From Candidatus Azotimanducaceae bacterium (lineage in GTDB: Bacteria > Pseudomonadota > Gammaproteobacteria > Pseudomonadales > Azotimanducaceae): DNA of 64,000 nucleotides. The notes under the pieces are model-generated. The model did no database searches. It saw only the letters and a program-made list of their open reading frames with translations, and was not told the origin of the DNA. Positions 31,222 through 41,829 of this stretch are shown here, one piece after another. The DNA is taken from the NCBI GenBank assembly GCA_047630175.1, contig JBLHVI010000007.1:253-64252 (forward strand), written 5' to 3'. Position numbers and translations under genes: made by a program. Numbering within the stretch: the stretch's first letter is position 1; each line of letters starts with the position of its first letter.

Positions 31222-32364
31222 TTAGGGCTGATGCTCTCGCGCTAAATACTCTTGGGATTGCATTTCCTGAAGCCGACTTTCAGTCCGTTGAAACTCAAAC
31301 ACCAAACGCTCACCCTTGTACAACGCCAGAATAGGGACCGCAGCCGACATAATGAGCTTTACGTTATGATCATAAAACTCGTCTACGAGACTGATAAATC
31401 GCCGCGCAGCGTCTTCATGCTGAGGCGTAAACTGCGGCACGTTACTCACTAACACCGTCTGAAACTGCATCGCCAGCTCAATATAGTCGTTCTGGCTACG
31501 TGGTCCTTCACACAAGGCACTGAATTCGAACCAAACTACGCCGTCACCACAGCGTCTGCTAGGGATATTGCGACCCTCAATCTCGAGACTAACATCGGGG
31601 CGCCCAGCGTTTGGTGACAATGACTTGAAGCTACGTGCTAAACTTGCATCGGCCGCGGCGTCCAGAGGGGAGTGAAAAATCTCCGCGTCCTGCAGAACAC
31701 GTAACCGATAGTCAACACCCCCGTCAACATTGAGGATAGTGGTTTTGGCTACAAGCAGCGCAATGGCCGGCAAAAACTTACTGCGCTGTAATCCGTCACG
31801 ATACAAATTAACCGGGGCCACATTTGAGGTCGCCACGAGTACAACACCCCTCGCGAGCAGCGCATCTAAAAGACCCGCAAGAATCATAGCGTCGGTGATA
31901 TCCGAAACGAAAAATTCATCGAAGCACAAAACGCGATATTGCGCCGCAAAGTCATCAGCTATGCCCAACAATGGATTCGGCTCACCCTGCAGAGCTTGTA
32001 ACTGCTGATGCACATGACGCATAAAACGATGGAAGTGCATCCGCTGTTTGTTCGCAAACGGCAACGCGTCAAAGAACAAGTCCATCAGGTAAGTCTTACC
32101 TCTGCCAACCCCGCCCCAGAAATACAGGCCCTGAATCTGCGGTGCCTCGCGTGCTCCGCGGCCAAACAAGCGCCGCAAAACACTATCACGGCCTGCTCTA
32201 GGGGCCGGGTGACTATCCACAAGAGCCTCATATAATCGCTGCAGGTGAGCCACCGCATCTGCCTGAGCATCGTCTGGCTGAATCTCACCCAACGCAATGG
32301 CAAGCTGATAGTGATCCAGGGGGCCCTTGAGTATTGCGTCTTGTACTGTGCGAGAGACTGTCAT
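31222..32364 (-). CDS. zapE: Cell division ATPase ZapE (AFG1/YhcM family)
   Basis: A 380-aa ORF with Walker A GGVGRGKTYLMD and Walker B LCFDEF. It is adjacent to rplM-rpsI, as in E. coli. Confidence 0.9.
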   Translation of the reverse strand: MTVSRTVQDAILKGPLDHYQLAIALGEIQPDDAQADAVAHLQRLYEALVDSHPAPRAGRDSVLRRLFGRGAREAPQIQGLYFWGGVGRGKTYLMDLFFDALPFANKQRMHFHRFMRHVHQQLQALQGEPNPLLGIADDFAAQYRVLCFDEFFVSDITDAMILAGLLDALLARGVVLVATSNVAPVNLYRDGLQRSKFLPAIALLVAKTTILNVDGGVDYRLRVLQDAEIFHSPLDAAADASLARSFKSLSPNAGRPDVSLEIEGRNIPSRRCGDGVVWFEFSALCEGPRSQNDYIELAMQFQTVLVSNVPQFTPQHEDAARRFISLVDEFYDHNVKLIMSAAVPILALYKGERLVFEFQRTESRLQEMQSQEYLAREHQP

Positions 32365-32375
32365 ATCCGTAACGA

Positions 32376-33692
32376 CTAACCCTGTACGCGACAGGACGCC
32401 GATCGTGCGTGCGCTTCGAGCCCCTCTTCGGTCGCCAGAATTGCCGCGTCACGACTCAGCGACACAGAACCAGCCGCCGAACAGCGGATAATTGAGCTGC
32501 GTACTTGGAAATCATAGACGCCCAATGCCGACGCAAACCTTGCAGTGCCGCTCGTAGGCAGTACATGGCTTGGACCGGCGCTATAGTCACCTACCACCTC
32601 TGCACTGTGATTGCCGACAAAAATGGCACCCGCGTGCTCAACGAGCTCAACAAACTCATCGGCGTTGACCAACGCCAGCTCAAGGTGCTCGGGAGCAATC
32701 CGGTTCACTATAGCGGCGCTTTCAGTGTCATCCCGCGTCAAAATCAGCGCGCCACGGTCACTTATCGACTGTCGAATGATCGATTCACGTGCCATTCCAG
32801 GGAGACGCGCTTCAATAAGGGCGGCAACCCGACTCAGCACTTCAGCATCGCTGGAGATCAGGACTGATTGGGCCAATTCGTCATGCTCTGCCTGCGCAAA
32901 CATGTCCATCACTAACCACTCAGGATCAATACCTGCATCTGCAACAATTAAAACCTCTGATGGTCCAGCAATCATATCAATACCAACATCGCCGAACACA
33001 ATCTCTTTGGCAGTCGCAACATAGATATTGCCCGGCCCAACAATCTTGTCGACCTTGGGAATCGTTTGCGTCCCATAAGCCAACGCGGCTACGGCTTGAG
33101 CGCCACCGACAGTGAACAATCTATCAACCCCACATAAACACGCAGCCGCAAGTAAAACGTCGTTGATTTCACCGTCAGGCGTCGGTACCACCAAGATGAT
33201 CTCGCCTACCTCTGCCACCCGAGCAGGAATTGCTGTCATTATAACCGACGACGGATAGGCCGCTTTGCCACCTGGCACATAAATCCCAACCCGCTGCATA
33301 GGCCTGACACGTTGTCCAAGCCGATTGCCCTGCACGTCTTGGTACTCCCAATCGCGCTGATCTCCAAAGGCTCGTCGCTGCTCTTGATGATAACGTCTGA
33401 CCCGCTCAATAGAAGCCTCTAGCGCACCTCGCACCAAGTCATCAATGCTTGCCAACGCAACAGCCATACGCTCTTGGCTAATCTCAAGATCCGCCGCGGC
33501 CGTCACATCGAAACGATCAAATCGGCTTGTCAATTCAACAAGCGCTGCATCACCCCTGCACCGAACGTCGTCAACAATGTCTCGCACCGTGCCATACACT
33601 TCCTGATGATTATCCTGCTGAATCGCCAGCAGTGCAGTGAGGTCATCGTCAAAAGACGCGTCAAGGGTGCTTATTTGTTTAATCATGCTCAT
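32376..33692 (-). CDS. hisD: Histidinol dehydrogenase
   Basis: It carries HisD signatures (...YVPGGKAAYPSSVIM..., ...AGPSEVLIVAD..., ...QAEHD..., ...GDYSAGPSHVLPT...). The internal ATG at 33692 is preferred to the extended ORF start at 33755. Confidence 0.95.
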   Translation of the reverse strand: MSMIKQISTLDASFDDDLTALLAIQQDNHQEVYGTVRDIVDDVRCRGDAALVELTSRFDRFDVTAAADLEISQERMAVALASIDDLVRGALEASIERVRRYHQEQRRAFGDQRDWEYQDVQGNRLGQRVRPMQRVGIYVPGGKAAYPSSVIMTAIPARVAEVGEIILVVPTPDGEINDVLLAAACLCGVDRLFTVGGAQAVAALAYGTQTIPKVDKIVGPGNIYVATAKEIVFGDVGIDMIAGPSEVLIVADAGIDPEWLVMDMFAQAEHDELAQSVLISSDAEVLSRVAALIEARLPGMARESIIRQSISDRGALILTRDDTESAAIVNRIAPEHLELALVNADEFVELVEHAGAIFVGNHSAEVVGDYSAGPSHVLPTSGTARFASALGVYDFQVRSSIIRCSAAGSVSLSRDAAILATEEGLEAHARSASCRVQG

Positions 33693-33870
33693 AGATTTGC
33701 CAATCACTTGCTGCTCTACTTGATTTATGCGTGTTTGAATTGCACCGAAGTGCATTCAACGGCCCTGCTGCCAACATCTTGTTACCGTTAAATACGCATT
33801 AACCGACTGATTTGCTCAGTTGTCTGCTGACAAACGATTGAATAAATTCAGCTCGCGGGATCATTATAAA

Positions 33871-34500
33871 TCAAACCACATCGCGCAAATGGTCGATCAA
33901 AGACTGCAAGGTGTCGTACTTGATCTTCATGGCCGTCTTGTTAACGATCAAGCGTGTGCTGACATCAACAATATGCTCCATCGCGACTAGACCATTTGCC
34001 TTCAGCGTGTTGCCAGTTTCAACGATATCGACGATGCGATGCGCAAGCCCCGTCACCGGCGCAAGCTCCATAGCGCCGTAGAGACGAATGATATCCACTT
34101 GAATACCTTGGTCAGCATAATAGCGCTTAGCTGTGTTAACAAATTTTGTCGCGATCTTCAGCCTCGCTGGCAAAACCCCCTCATTCTTGAGGCCCGCCAC
34201 CATAATACGACACGGACCTAGTTTCAGGTCCAACGGCTGATAGTAACCTTCCTCGCCGTGCTCCAGCAGAACATCTTTGCCAGCCATACCCATGTCAGCA
34301 ATACCATGCTCTACATACGTTGCCACGTCCGAGCCGCGGAGCAACAACAACTTGATATTTTCTTGGGTCGTGCTGAACACCAGCTTTCGTGAACGGGTCA
34401 GATCGTCATGTGGTTCAATGCCAATCTGCGCCAGTAGCGCCAGTTGTTGCTCAACAATGCGGTCACCCTTGGTAACCGCGATGGTGATCTGATCCTGCAT
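33871..34500 (-). CDS. hisG: ATP phosphoribosyltransferase, short form (HisG-S)
   Basis: MQDQITIAVTKGDRI... continues to ...DIVETGNTLKANGL. The length of about 209 aa indicates the short HisZ-dependent form. The upstream 51 codons of the ORF-track call overlap the murA 3' end and are not HisG-like. Confidence 0.92.
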   Translation of the reverse strand: MQDQITIAVTKGDRIVEQQLALLAQIGIEPHDDLTRSRKLVFSTTQENIKLLLLRGSDVATYVEHGIADMGMAGKDVLLEHGEEGYYQPLDLKLGPCRIMVAGLKNEGVLPARLKIATKFVNTAKRYYADQGIQVDIIRLYGAMELAPVTGLAHRIVDIVETGNTLKANGLVAMEHIVDVSTRLIVNKTAMKIKYDTLQSLIDHLRDVV

Positions 34501-34537
34501 GCTGATGGTCTCGCTGGAATGAAATCCGGGCCCCGCG

Positions 34538-35812
<1,275 letters not shown>

Positions 35813-35816
35813 CTAC

Positions 35817-36056
35817 TTATACCTCGTTGTTACGTTCTATTGGCGTCAAACATCGCATGCTAACCGCGTGTATTTCGCCACTGCTGATTTTCTCATCCAG
35901 GAGCTTGTAAACCAACTGCTGCCGCTTGACGCGGCTGAGCCCATCAAAAGTCTCGCTGACAAGTACCAACGTGACTTTGTTGCCCTGCGCCTGCATCTGT
36001 ATTTCATCAGCGCCCAATCCTGCAGATAGCGTGGCGCGTAGCTCTTCTTCGTTCAT
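35817..36056 (-). CDS. ibaG: BolA-family protein IbaG/YrbA
   Basis: An ORF of about 79 aa starting at the ATG at 36056, with FDGLSRVKRQQLVYKLL...IHAVSM, the BolA fold signature. It sits in the conserved slot between mlaB and murA. Confidence 0.85.
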   Translation of the reverse strand: MNEEELRATLSAGLGADEIQMQAQGNKVTLVLVSETFDGLSRVKRQQLVYKLLDEKISSGEIHAVSMRCLTPIERNNEV

Positions 36057-36287
36057 AGTTATTTTCCTTATTCTCCAGCGCGGCGATGATACCACGCCGT
36101 CACGCAAAAACAGGCACGCCAAAACAAGCTCGTCAAAACAGTCAAATCGAGACCAACACTTTGCTGCCTAGCTTTCATCACCAAAAGACAGTAAGCCGCA
36201 AACTAGGCTCCGCAGGCAACGGCCAATCCACCATGTTAAGCAATCACACGGCGTGTCGCGGGCTCATTGAATCGGCTCGACGCAATA

Positions 36288-36614
36288 CTAAGCATCGGCG
36301 AAGGCCAAAATATCGTCAACACCACAAGCCTTAGCAATTTCACGCAGGGTCGTCGAAGCGCCAATCATCCTGACTTCTCCCTGCCGCTGGGTGATGTAAC
36401 GCTGCCAAGCAATTAGCAGGGCAATGGCGGCTGATCCCTGCACCTCAGCCTCCGCAAGATCAATCACGACTGGGTTGGGCAAAGAATCAATCAATACAAT
36501 ACCTTCCCGCTGATAACGCGCCACGCTGTCCACGCTCAAACAGCCCGCAACGTTGAGCCGGTTATCGCGCGCCGACAATGCAGCAGCTGTTGTTGCCGTG
36601 GCTGAATTAGACAT
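36288..36614 (-). CDS. mlaB: STAS-domain protein MlaB
   Basis: A small STAS-like ORF directly downstream of mlaC, in the mlaFEDCB order. The ATG at 36614 overlaps the mlaC stop. The assignment rests mainly on position and size. Confidence 0.7.
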   Translation of the reverse strand: MSNSATATTAAALSARDNRLNVAGCLSVDSVARYQREGIVLIDSLPNPVVIDLAEAEVQGSAAIALLIAWQRYITQRQGEVRMIGASTTLREIAKACGVDDILAFADA

Positions 36615-37233
36615 CGACGCTCCAATTATCGATGACGTCATCGATACTGTTACCATACTTATCCATATAAGCCGCAAACTGCGAACGAAATTGCAATCCT
36701 ATATTAATTCCCTCAATCGTGACGTTGCGTAACATCCACTGCGCATCAACCAGCACCATACTGTAATTAATGGTATAAACCGCTCCCTCATTGCTGTAGA
36801 CCAACAAATCGATGGCCGCACGATCCGGTTTACTTTCAGTGCTCGTGCTTTCAACAACCTCAACCCGTTGGTTGTCAAATTCCACCAGCGCCTTGGCGTA
36901 CGTGCGAATCATTTTGTCCTGAAAAACGCTTACGAACCGAGACTTTTGATCATCCGTGGCACGTCGGTAGTACTTCGCCATCACTCCCCGAGAGAACCCT
37001 TTAAAGTCAATAAAAGGCGCCAAGGAACTCCCCACTTGCTGAAAAAACTGTTCTGGGTTTTCGGTATAAAGCGGCTGGATTTCAACTAATTTCGACAGCA
37101 ATTGATTCGTCGACTCTTCAACCGCAATGCGCGCCCCTTTTTGCTCTCCCATCGCCTGCCCAGCCATCAACAGGAAGCCAATCATAATTAGCACTGCCGA
37201 GGGTAATATGCCGTCTCGAATTGTTCTGCTCAT
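36607..37233 (-). CDS. mlaC: Periplasmic phospholipid-binding protein MlaC (Ttg2D family)
   Basis: A 208-aa ORF with a signal peptide and Tol-tolerance Ttg2D-like sequence (...FIDFKGFSRGVMAKYYR...). It sits at the mla operon position. Confidence 0.88.
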   Translation of the reverse strand: MSRTIRDGILPSAVLIMIGFLLMAGQAMGEQKGARIAVEESTNQLLSKLVEIQPLYTENPEQFFQQVGSSLAPFIDFKGFSRGVMAKYYRRATDDQKSRFVSVFQDKMIRTYAKALVEFDNQRVEVVESTSTESKPDRAAIDLLVYSNEGAVYTINYSMVLVDAQWMLRNVTIEGINIGLQFRSQFAAYMDKYGNSIDDVIDNWSVDV

Positions 37234-37242
37234 ATCAAACTC

Positions 37243-37695
37243 CTAAAACTGGTTCATCAAAAACTTACCAATCATATCTTCCAGTATAATCGCCGACTGG
37301 GTATCTCTGATCATTCCACCCTCCTTGAGATAATCCTCTTCGGCGCCGATAGACAGACCCACAAACTTTCCGCCCAACAGACCTTCGGTTAGAATCGCGG
37401 CCGTAGTGTCGGTACTAATCTCATCGAATTCACCGTTGATTTCCATGCGCACCAGCGCGGTAAAAGTATTCGTGTCCAGGGAGATGTCTGCTACCTGACC
37501 CACGATGACTCCGGCGATACTCACCTTCGAGCGAACCACGAGACCGCCTATATTCTCAAACCGCGCGTAAACGCTGTAGCTGTTGGTTTCGGCACTGACA
37601 TTAAAGCCACTAACCCGTATGGCTAGTACTGCCAGAGAAATGAGGCCGGCAAGCATGAACGCCCCCACCGCTATCTCGATTGTTCTATTCTGCAT
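37243..37695 (-). CDS. mlaD: MCE-domain protein MlaD
   Basis: A 150-aa ORF with an N-terminal TM segment and an MCE domain (...YSVYARFENIGGLVVRSKVSIAGVIVGQV...). Confidence 0.9.
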   Translation of the reverse strand: MQNRTIEIAVGAFMLAGLISLAVLAIRVSGFNVSAETNSYSVYARFENIGGLVVRSKVSIAGVIVGQVADISLDTNTFTALVRMEINGEFDEISTDTTAAILTEGLLGGKFVGLSIGAEEDYLKEGGMIRDTQSAIILEDMIGKFLMNQF

Positions 37696-37718
37696 GGTTT
37701 TACCCTTGAAAAACTAGA

Positions 37719-38495
37719 TTAAAAATTGAACATCATGAGCGTTAAAAAGAAATCAAGCACTAATACCGCAACCGATGAGTAGACCACCGTACGTGTCGTT
37801 GAGGCCGCAATCCCCTCGGAGGTAGGTAAGGTTTCGTAGCCTTGATAAACCGCGATCCAAGTCACTACCAGACCAAAAACAACCGATTTGATAATACCTT
37901 TGAATACATGGCTTTGGAAATCTACACCCTCTCGCATCGCCGCCCAAAACGCGCCTTCATAGACCCCCAGCCATTCGACACCCACCAAAGAGGAGCCCCA
38001 GATCCCGACCACGCTGAACATCAGCGCCAGAATCGGCATGGCGATGAATCCTGCCCAGAGGCGGGGCGCAACAATGCGCTGCAATGGGTCAACCCCAATC
38101 ATTTCCATGCTGCTGAGTTGCTCGGTGGCCTTCATTAGCCCAATCTCAGCAGTCACCGCTGAGCCGGCCCGACCCGCAAACAAGAGACCTGCCACCACCG
38201 GGCCGATTTCCATCACCAGCACCAGCGCAACGCCCAGACCAAGCGCACTTTCAGATCCATATTTAACCAACTGGTTATAACCTTGCAGCGCCAATACCGC
38301 GCCAATCGAGAATCCTGACAGCACCGTGATGACGACCGACAAGACACCGAGTTGATAAATCTGGCGAATGACCAGCGGGGCGTTAGCCAATCGCGGCCGA
38401 CGCCAAATTGCCTGTATCCAGATGCTGCCAGCTCGCCCAAAGACAGCAAGCAGATCAAGACAGTATTGCCCAAGATTACGAATATTGGAAAGCAT
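37719..38495 (-). CDS. mlaE: ABC transporter permease MlaE
   Basis: A 258-aa polytopic MlaE/YrbE family permease located between mlaF and mlaD. Confidence 0.93.
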   Translation of the reverse strand: MLSNIRNLGQYCLDLLAVFGRAGSIWIQAIWRRPRLANAPLVIRQIYQLGVLSVVITVLSGFSIGAVLALQGYNQLVKYGSESALGLGVALVLVMEIGPVVAGLLFAGRAGSAVTAEIGLMKATEQLSSMEMIGVDPLQRIVAPRLWAGFIAMPILALMFSVVGIWGSSLVGVEWLGVYEGAFWAAMREGVDFQSHVFKGIIKSVVFGLVVTWIAVYQGYETLPTSEGIAASTTRTVVYSSVAVLVLDFFLTLMMFNF

Positions 38496-38498
38496 GAC

Positions 38499-39323
38499 TT
38501 ACCTAGAAAATAAAGAGTTATTTTTTTCGTGACTCAACAATTCTTCGCGAAAATCTTCAGCCGGATAGTGAAATGGCACAGGCCCATCAGGTAGACCCTT
38601 GATAAACTGCTGGATACGTGGCGCGTCCTGCTCGAACAGCTCCTCTGGCGCACCAGACCCAATGACCTTGCCATCAGAAATAACGTATATTAAGTCAGCA
38701 ATGCTCGCGGTTTCCCGAATATCGTGGGACACAATGATACTCGTCATCCCGAACACACGGTTAAGGGTTTTTATCAGCTGCACAACCACGCCCATAGCAA
38801 TTGGATCTAGCCCGGCGAAGGGCTCGTCATACATAATCAGCTTCGGATCTAGTGCTATAGCTCTAGCTAGCGCAACACGGCGATTCATGCCACCGGACAA
38901 TTCGTTGGGAAAGAGCTTGCTTGCACCTCGCAGACCTACTGACTGTAATTTGATCAGCACCAGATCACGGATCATCTCCTCCGGCAACTCAGTATGTATT
39001 TGCAAAGGAAATGCGACATTGTCAAACACAGATAAATCTGTGAACAACGCGCCGCTTTGAAACAGCATACCCATCGACTTTCGTACCTCAAACAACTCCG
39101 CTCGGGATAACTCGGGGATACGGTGCCCATCAACCTCTATACTGCCGCGTTCCGGCCTTATCTGACCGCCTATTAAACGCAGCAAGGTTGTCTTACCAGT
39201 ACCACTGGGGCCCATGATGCCGACTATTTTACCGCGCGGCACTGTCAGCGAAATCTTGTCAAAAATCTTACGCTCGCCATGGCTAAAGTCCACGCTCTCA
39301 ATAATGATGTGATTGTCATCCAT
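38499..39323 (-). CDS. mlaF: ABC transporter ATP-binding protein MlaF
   Basis: It has Walker A GPSGTGKTT, the signature LSGGMNRRVALARA and Walker B LIMYDEP. The ATG at 39323 (MDDNHIII...) is preferred to the ORF-track start at 39389. Confidence 0.94.
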   Translation of the reverse strand: MDDNHIIIESVDFSHGERKIFDKISLTVPRGKIVGIMGPSGTGKTTLLRLIGGQIRPERGSIEVDGHRIPELSRAELFEVRKSMGMLFQSGALFTDLSVFDNVAFPLQIHTELPEEMIRDLVLIKLQSVGLRGASKLFPNELSGGMNRRVALARAIALDPKLIMYDEPFAGLDPIAMGVVVQLIKTLNRVFGMTSIIVSHDIRETASIADLIYVISDGKVIGSGAPEELFEQDAPRIQQFIKGLPDGPVPFHYPAEDFREELLSHEKNNSLFSR

Positions 39324-39800
39324 GACTAAATTCGCGTTTCCCAAAAATTTTAATACTGGCGGTTTACCCCGCCCACAATCAGATGACATCAGCCATCAAA
39401 ACAGCCTTTGCCCTGCAACACTGCTTACAGCACAACCCATTATAGCGCCCCAGCGTGCTATCTGCCGCCTCAAAAACGACCATTTTCAGTCTTAACCATC
39501 ACCACGCGCTCTTTTGTTGTGCCTTCGACGCATTTTTTCAAGCTTTCGACGCCAAATTGCTTCCGGCGCCGACCGATAAAATGCGCCATGCTAACACGTA
39601 CCGTGAGCCTACTCGTGTATCAAGCGACGAACGAGCGCGGCGCCGCAAGCGCTCAGGTACATGACAAGATTCGCCTCATGCTAAAATTTGGTTACACTGC
39701 GCATCATTGCAGGGCGGCAATACACGCTGTCGCTGCCGAACAACTAACAGGCAAGTGCCTCATTATAGTTTCATCTCTGGCTGCAGTGATATCATCGACT

Positions 39801-40415
39801 ATGCTCACGACTCTATTTAGCACCCGCAACGCCCTACTGTTTTCTCTGATTTTGCTCGCCGCCATTGCGACCAACTGGGTCATTGATCGAGGGGAACTAA
39901 ACTCGGAAATTCCTGGCGGCGGGCGTAATGACCCAGATATGTACATGCTGGACGCCAATATCACCCAATTTTCGCTCACAGGCGACAGACGACACGACAT
40001 TCAGGCGAGTCGCTTGACTCATTTTCCTCTCACTGACATGACAGCATTGATTACGCCTCGGATCAGGCTATTTGCCCTCCACCAAGACCAACCCTGGAAA
40101 ATCACTGCTGACAACGGCCGACTGTTGCCCAGATCCCAACTACGCGACCAGATGGTTGAACTCTGGGACAATGTCCTTGCTACTAGAGAAGACCAATCAG
40201 GACAGATTATTTTGATCAAAACCTCCAGCCTGACAGTGATTCCCGACCAAGACTATGCCGAAACGGACCAGCCTGTCGTCATTGAAGACGCCGATGGATT
40301 TACCAGTGCCGCCGGCATGAAAGCCTATCTAGGTCAGGGTAGATATGAGTTTTTCTCCAGCAGCAAGGACCGCGTTCTTACAACGCTGCAACCGCATTCG
40401 CGCAAGCTACTCTGA
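39801..40415 (+). CDS. lptC: LPS export protein LptC
   Basis: From the ATG at 39801 it has an N-terminal TM segment (ALLFSLILLAAIATNWV) followed by an OstA-like beta-jellyroll region. It lies directly upstream of lptA-lptB. The 131 upstream in-frame codons of the ORF-track call have no LptC-like features. Confidence 0.8.
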   Translation: MLTTLFSTRNALLFSLILLAAIATNWVIDRGELNSEIPGGGRNDPDMYMLDANITQFSLTGDRRHDIQASRLTHFPLTDMTALITPRIRLFALHQDQPWKITADNGRLLPRSQLRDQMVELWDNVLATREDQSGQIILIKTSSLTVIPDQDYAETDQPVVIEDADGFTSAAGMKAYLGQGRYEFFSSSKDRVLTTLQPHSRKLL

Positions 40416-40512
40416 CGCACCAACAAGCAAACTTGGGCCCGATAATTGCATATAAATTTCATGTTGTTGCAGATAGACCATGACGCCTGCCCAGACACTC
40501 GGTTAGACTGCT

Positions 40513-41016
40513 TTGGTGAAGCACCTATTCTTAATTATTTTGGCCGTTTGCGGCCCCTCTGCATTTGCCCTACCGGCCGATAGTGACCAGCCGATTCAAA
40601 TCAGCGCTGATGCCGGCACTGTCAATGAGTCCGAGGGTATTTCAACCTATTCCGGCAATGTCACTATCGATCAAGGAAGCATGCATATTTCTGCCGACGA
40701 GGTGGAGGTCATCGCCGTCGACAGTGAGGTTATTCAGATTATAGCCCGCACCTCGAAGGACTCGACACGTCTTGCGCGCTATAAGCACCAACCGGCAAAC
40801 ACCGATACGCCTGTACGGGCAGAGGCAAGACTGATCACCTATATGGTTCAGGAAGAACGCCTACATCTGAGCGGCCAGGCAGTGCTGAAGCAAATGCGTG
40901 ACAGCTTCTCCGGTGATTTACTGTTCTACGACGTCAACCGAGGAATCGTCGACCTGAAAAGTGGCAGCGCTGTCGGCGACAGAATTAAAATGATCATCAA
41001 CCCAAAGCAGAAGTAA
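40513..41016 (+). CDS. lptA: Periplasmic LPS transport protein LptA
   Basis: A 167-aa ORF with a signal peptide and an OstA N-terminal-type domain (...DQPIQISADAGTVNE...GNVTIDQGSMHISADEV...). It uses a TTG or GTG start. Confidence 0.88.
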   Translation: MVKHLFLIILAVCGPSAFALPADSDQPIQISADAGTVNESEGISTYSGNVTIDQGSMHISADEVEVIAVDSEVIQIIARTSKDSTRLARYKHQPANTDTPVRAEARLITYMVQEERLHLSGQAVLKQMRDSFSGDLLFYDVNRGIVDLKSGSAVGDRIKMIINPKQK

Positions 41017-41025
41017 CCGCCCCTG

Positions 41026-41751
41026 ATGCACGTCCTTAAGGCCACCAATCTTGCCAAGAGCTATCGCGGAGCACTCGTGGTCAAAGATGTGAGCGTGTCG
41101 GTGAACAGCGGACAGGTCGTTGGACTCCTGGGCCCCAACGGAGCAGGTAAGACTACCTGCTTTTATATGATCGTCGGGTCAGTTGCCGGGGACGCAGGTA
41201 AAATTGAATTTGACAATCAAGACATGACTCATCTGCCTATGCACGAGCGTGCACGCAGCGGCCTAGGCTACCTGCCACAGGAAGCATCGGTTTTTCGAAA
41301 ATTGACCGTAGCAGAAAATATTCTTGCGATACTAGAGACGCGCAAAGGCCTGAAGCTTAGCGCCCGGCTTGAACGACTCGAGGCTCTGCTAGCGGAATTT
41401 CATATCGCCCATATTCGCCATAATCTTGGCATGTCGCTGTCTGGCGGCGAACGAAGGAGGGTCGAGATAGCCCGCGCGCTCGCGTCTGAGCCGGCATTTA
41501 TTTTATTAGATGAGCCCTTCGCCGGCGTCGACCCTATTTCTGTGCACGATATCAAGGGCATTATTCGCCAGCTGTCCGAACGAGGAATTGGCGTTCTGAT
41601 TACCGATCATAACGTCAGGGAAACACTGGACATTTGTGAGAAAGCCTACATTGTTAGCGAGGGGCGAATAATCGCTGAGGGCTCTACCCAAGCCATCCTA
41701 GCAAACGAGCAGGTCAAACGCGTTTATCTGGGTAACGATTTTCGGATGTAA
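41026..41751 (+). CDS. lptB: LPS export ABC transporter ATPase LptB
   Basis: A 241-aa ORF with Walker [10 protein letters not shown], signature [15 protein letters not shown] and Walker [13 protein letters not shown]. Confidence 0.96.
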   Translation: MHVLKATNLAKSYRGALVVKDVSVSVNSGQVVGLLGPNGAGKTTCFYMIVGSVAGDAGKIEFDNQDMTHLPMHERARSGLGYLPQEASVFRKLTVAENILAILETRKGLKLSARLERLEALLAEFHIAHIRHNLGMSLSGGERRRVEIARALASEPAFILLDEPFAGVDPISVHDIKGIIRQLSERGIGVLITDHNVRETLDICEKAYIVSEGRIIAEGSTQAILANEQVKRVYLGNDFRM

Positions 41752-41829
41752 GGCACTACTAGTTAGAGCCCAACTAAAACACAACTATGGCAGTTTCACT
41801 TCATCATGCTGCATGAGTACTATTAACAC

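Noticed and set aside
39408-39800. The 131-codon in-frame N-terminal extension of lptC, considered as a possible kdsC remnant or fusion
   Set aside because: It has no TM segment or OstA-like features, and only a short, shifted resemblance to a KdsC C-terminus that could be chance. I kept it only as a caveat in the spacer finding.
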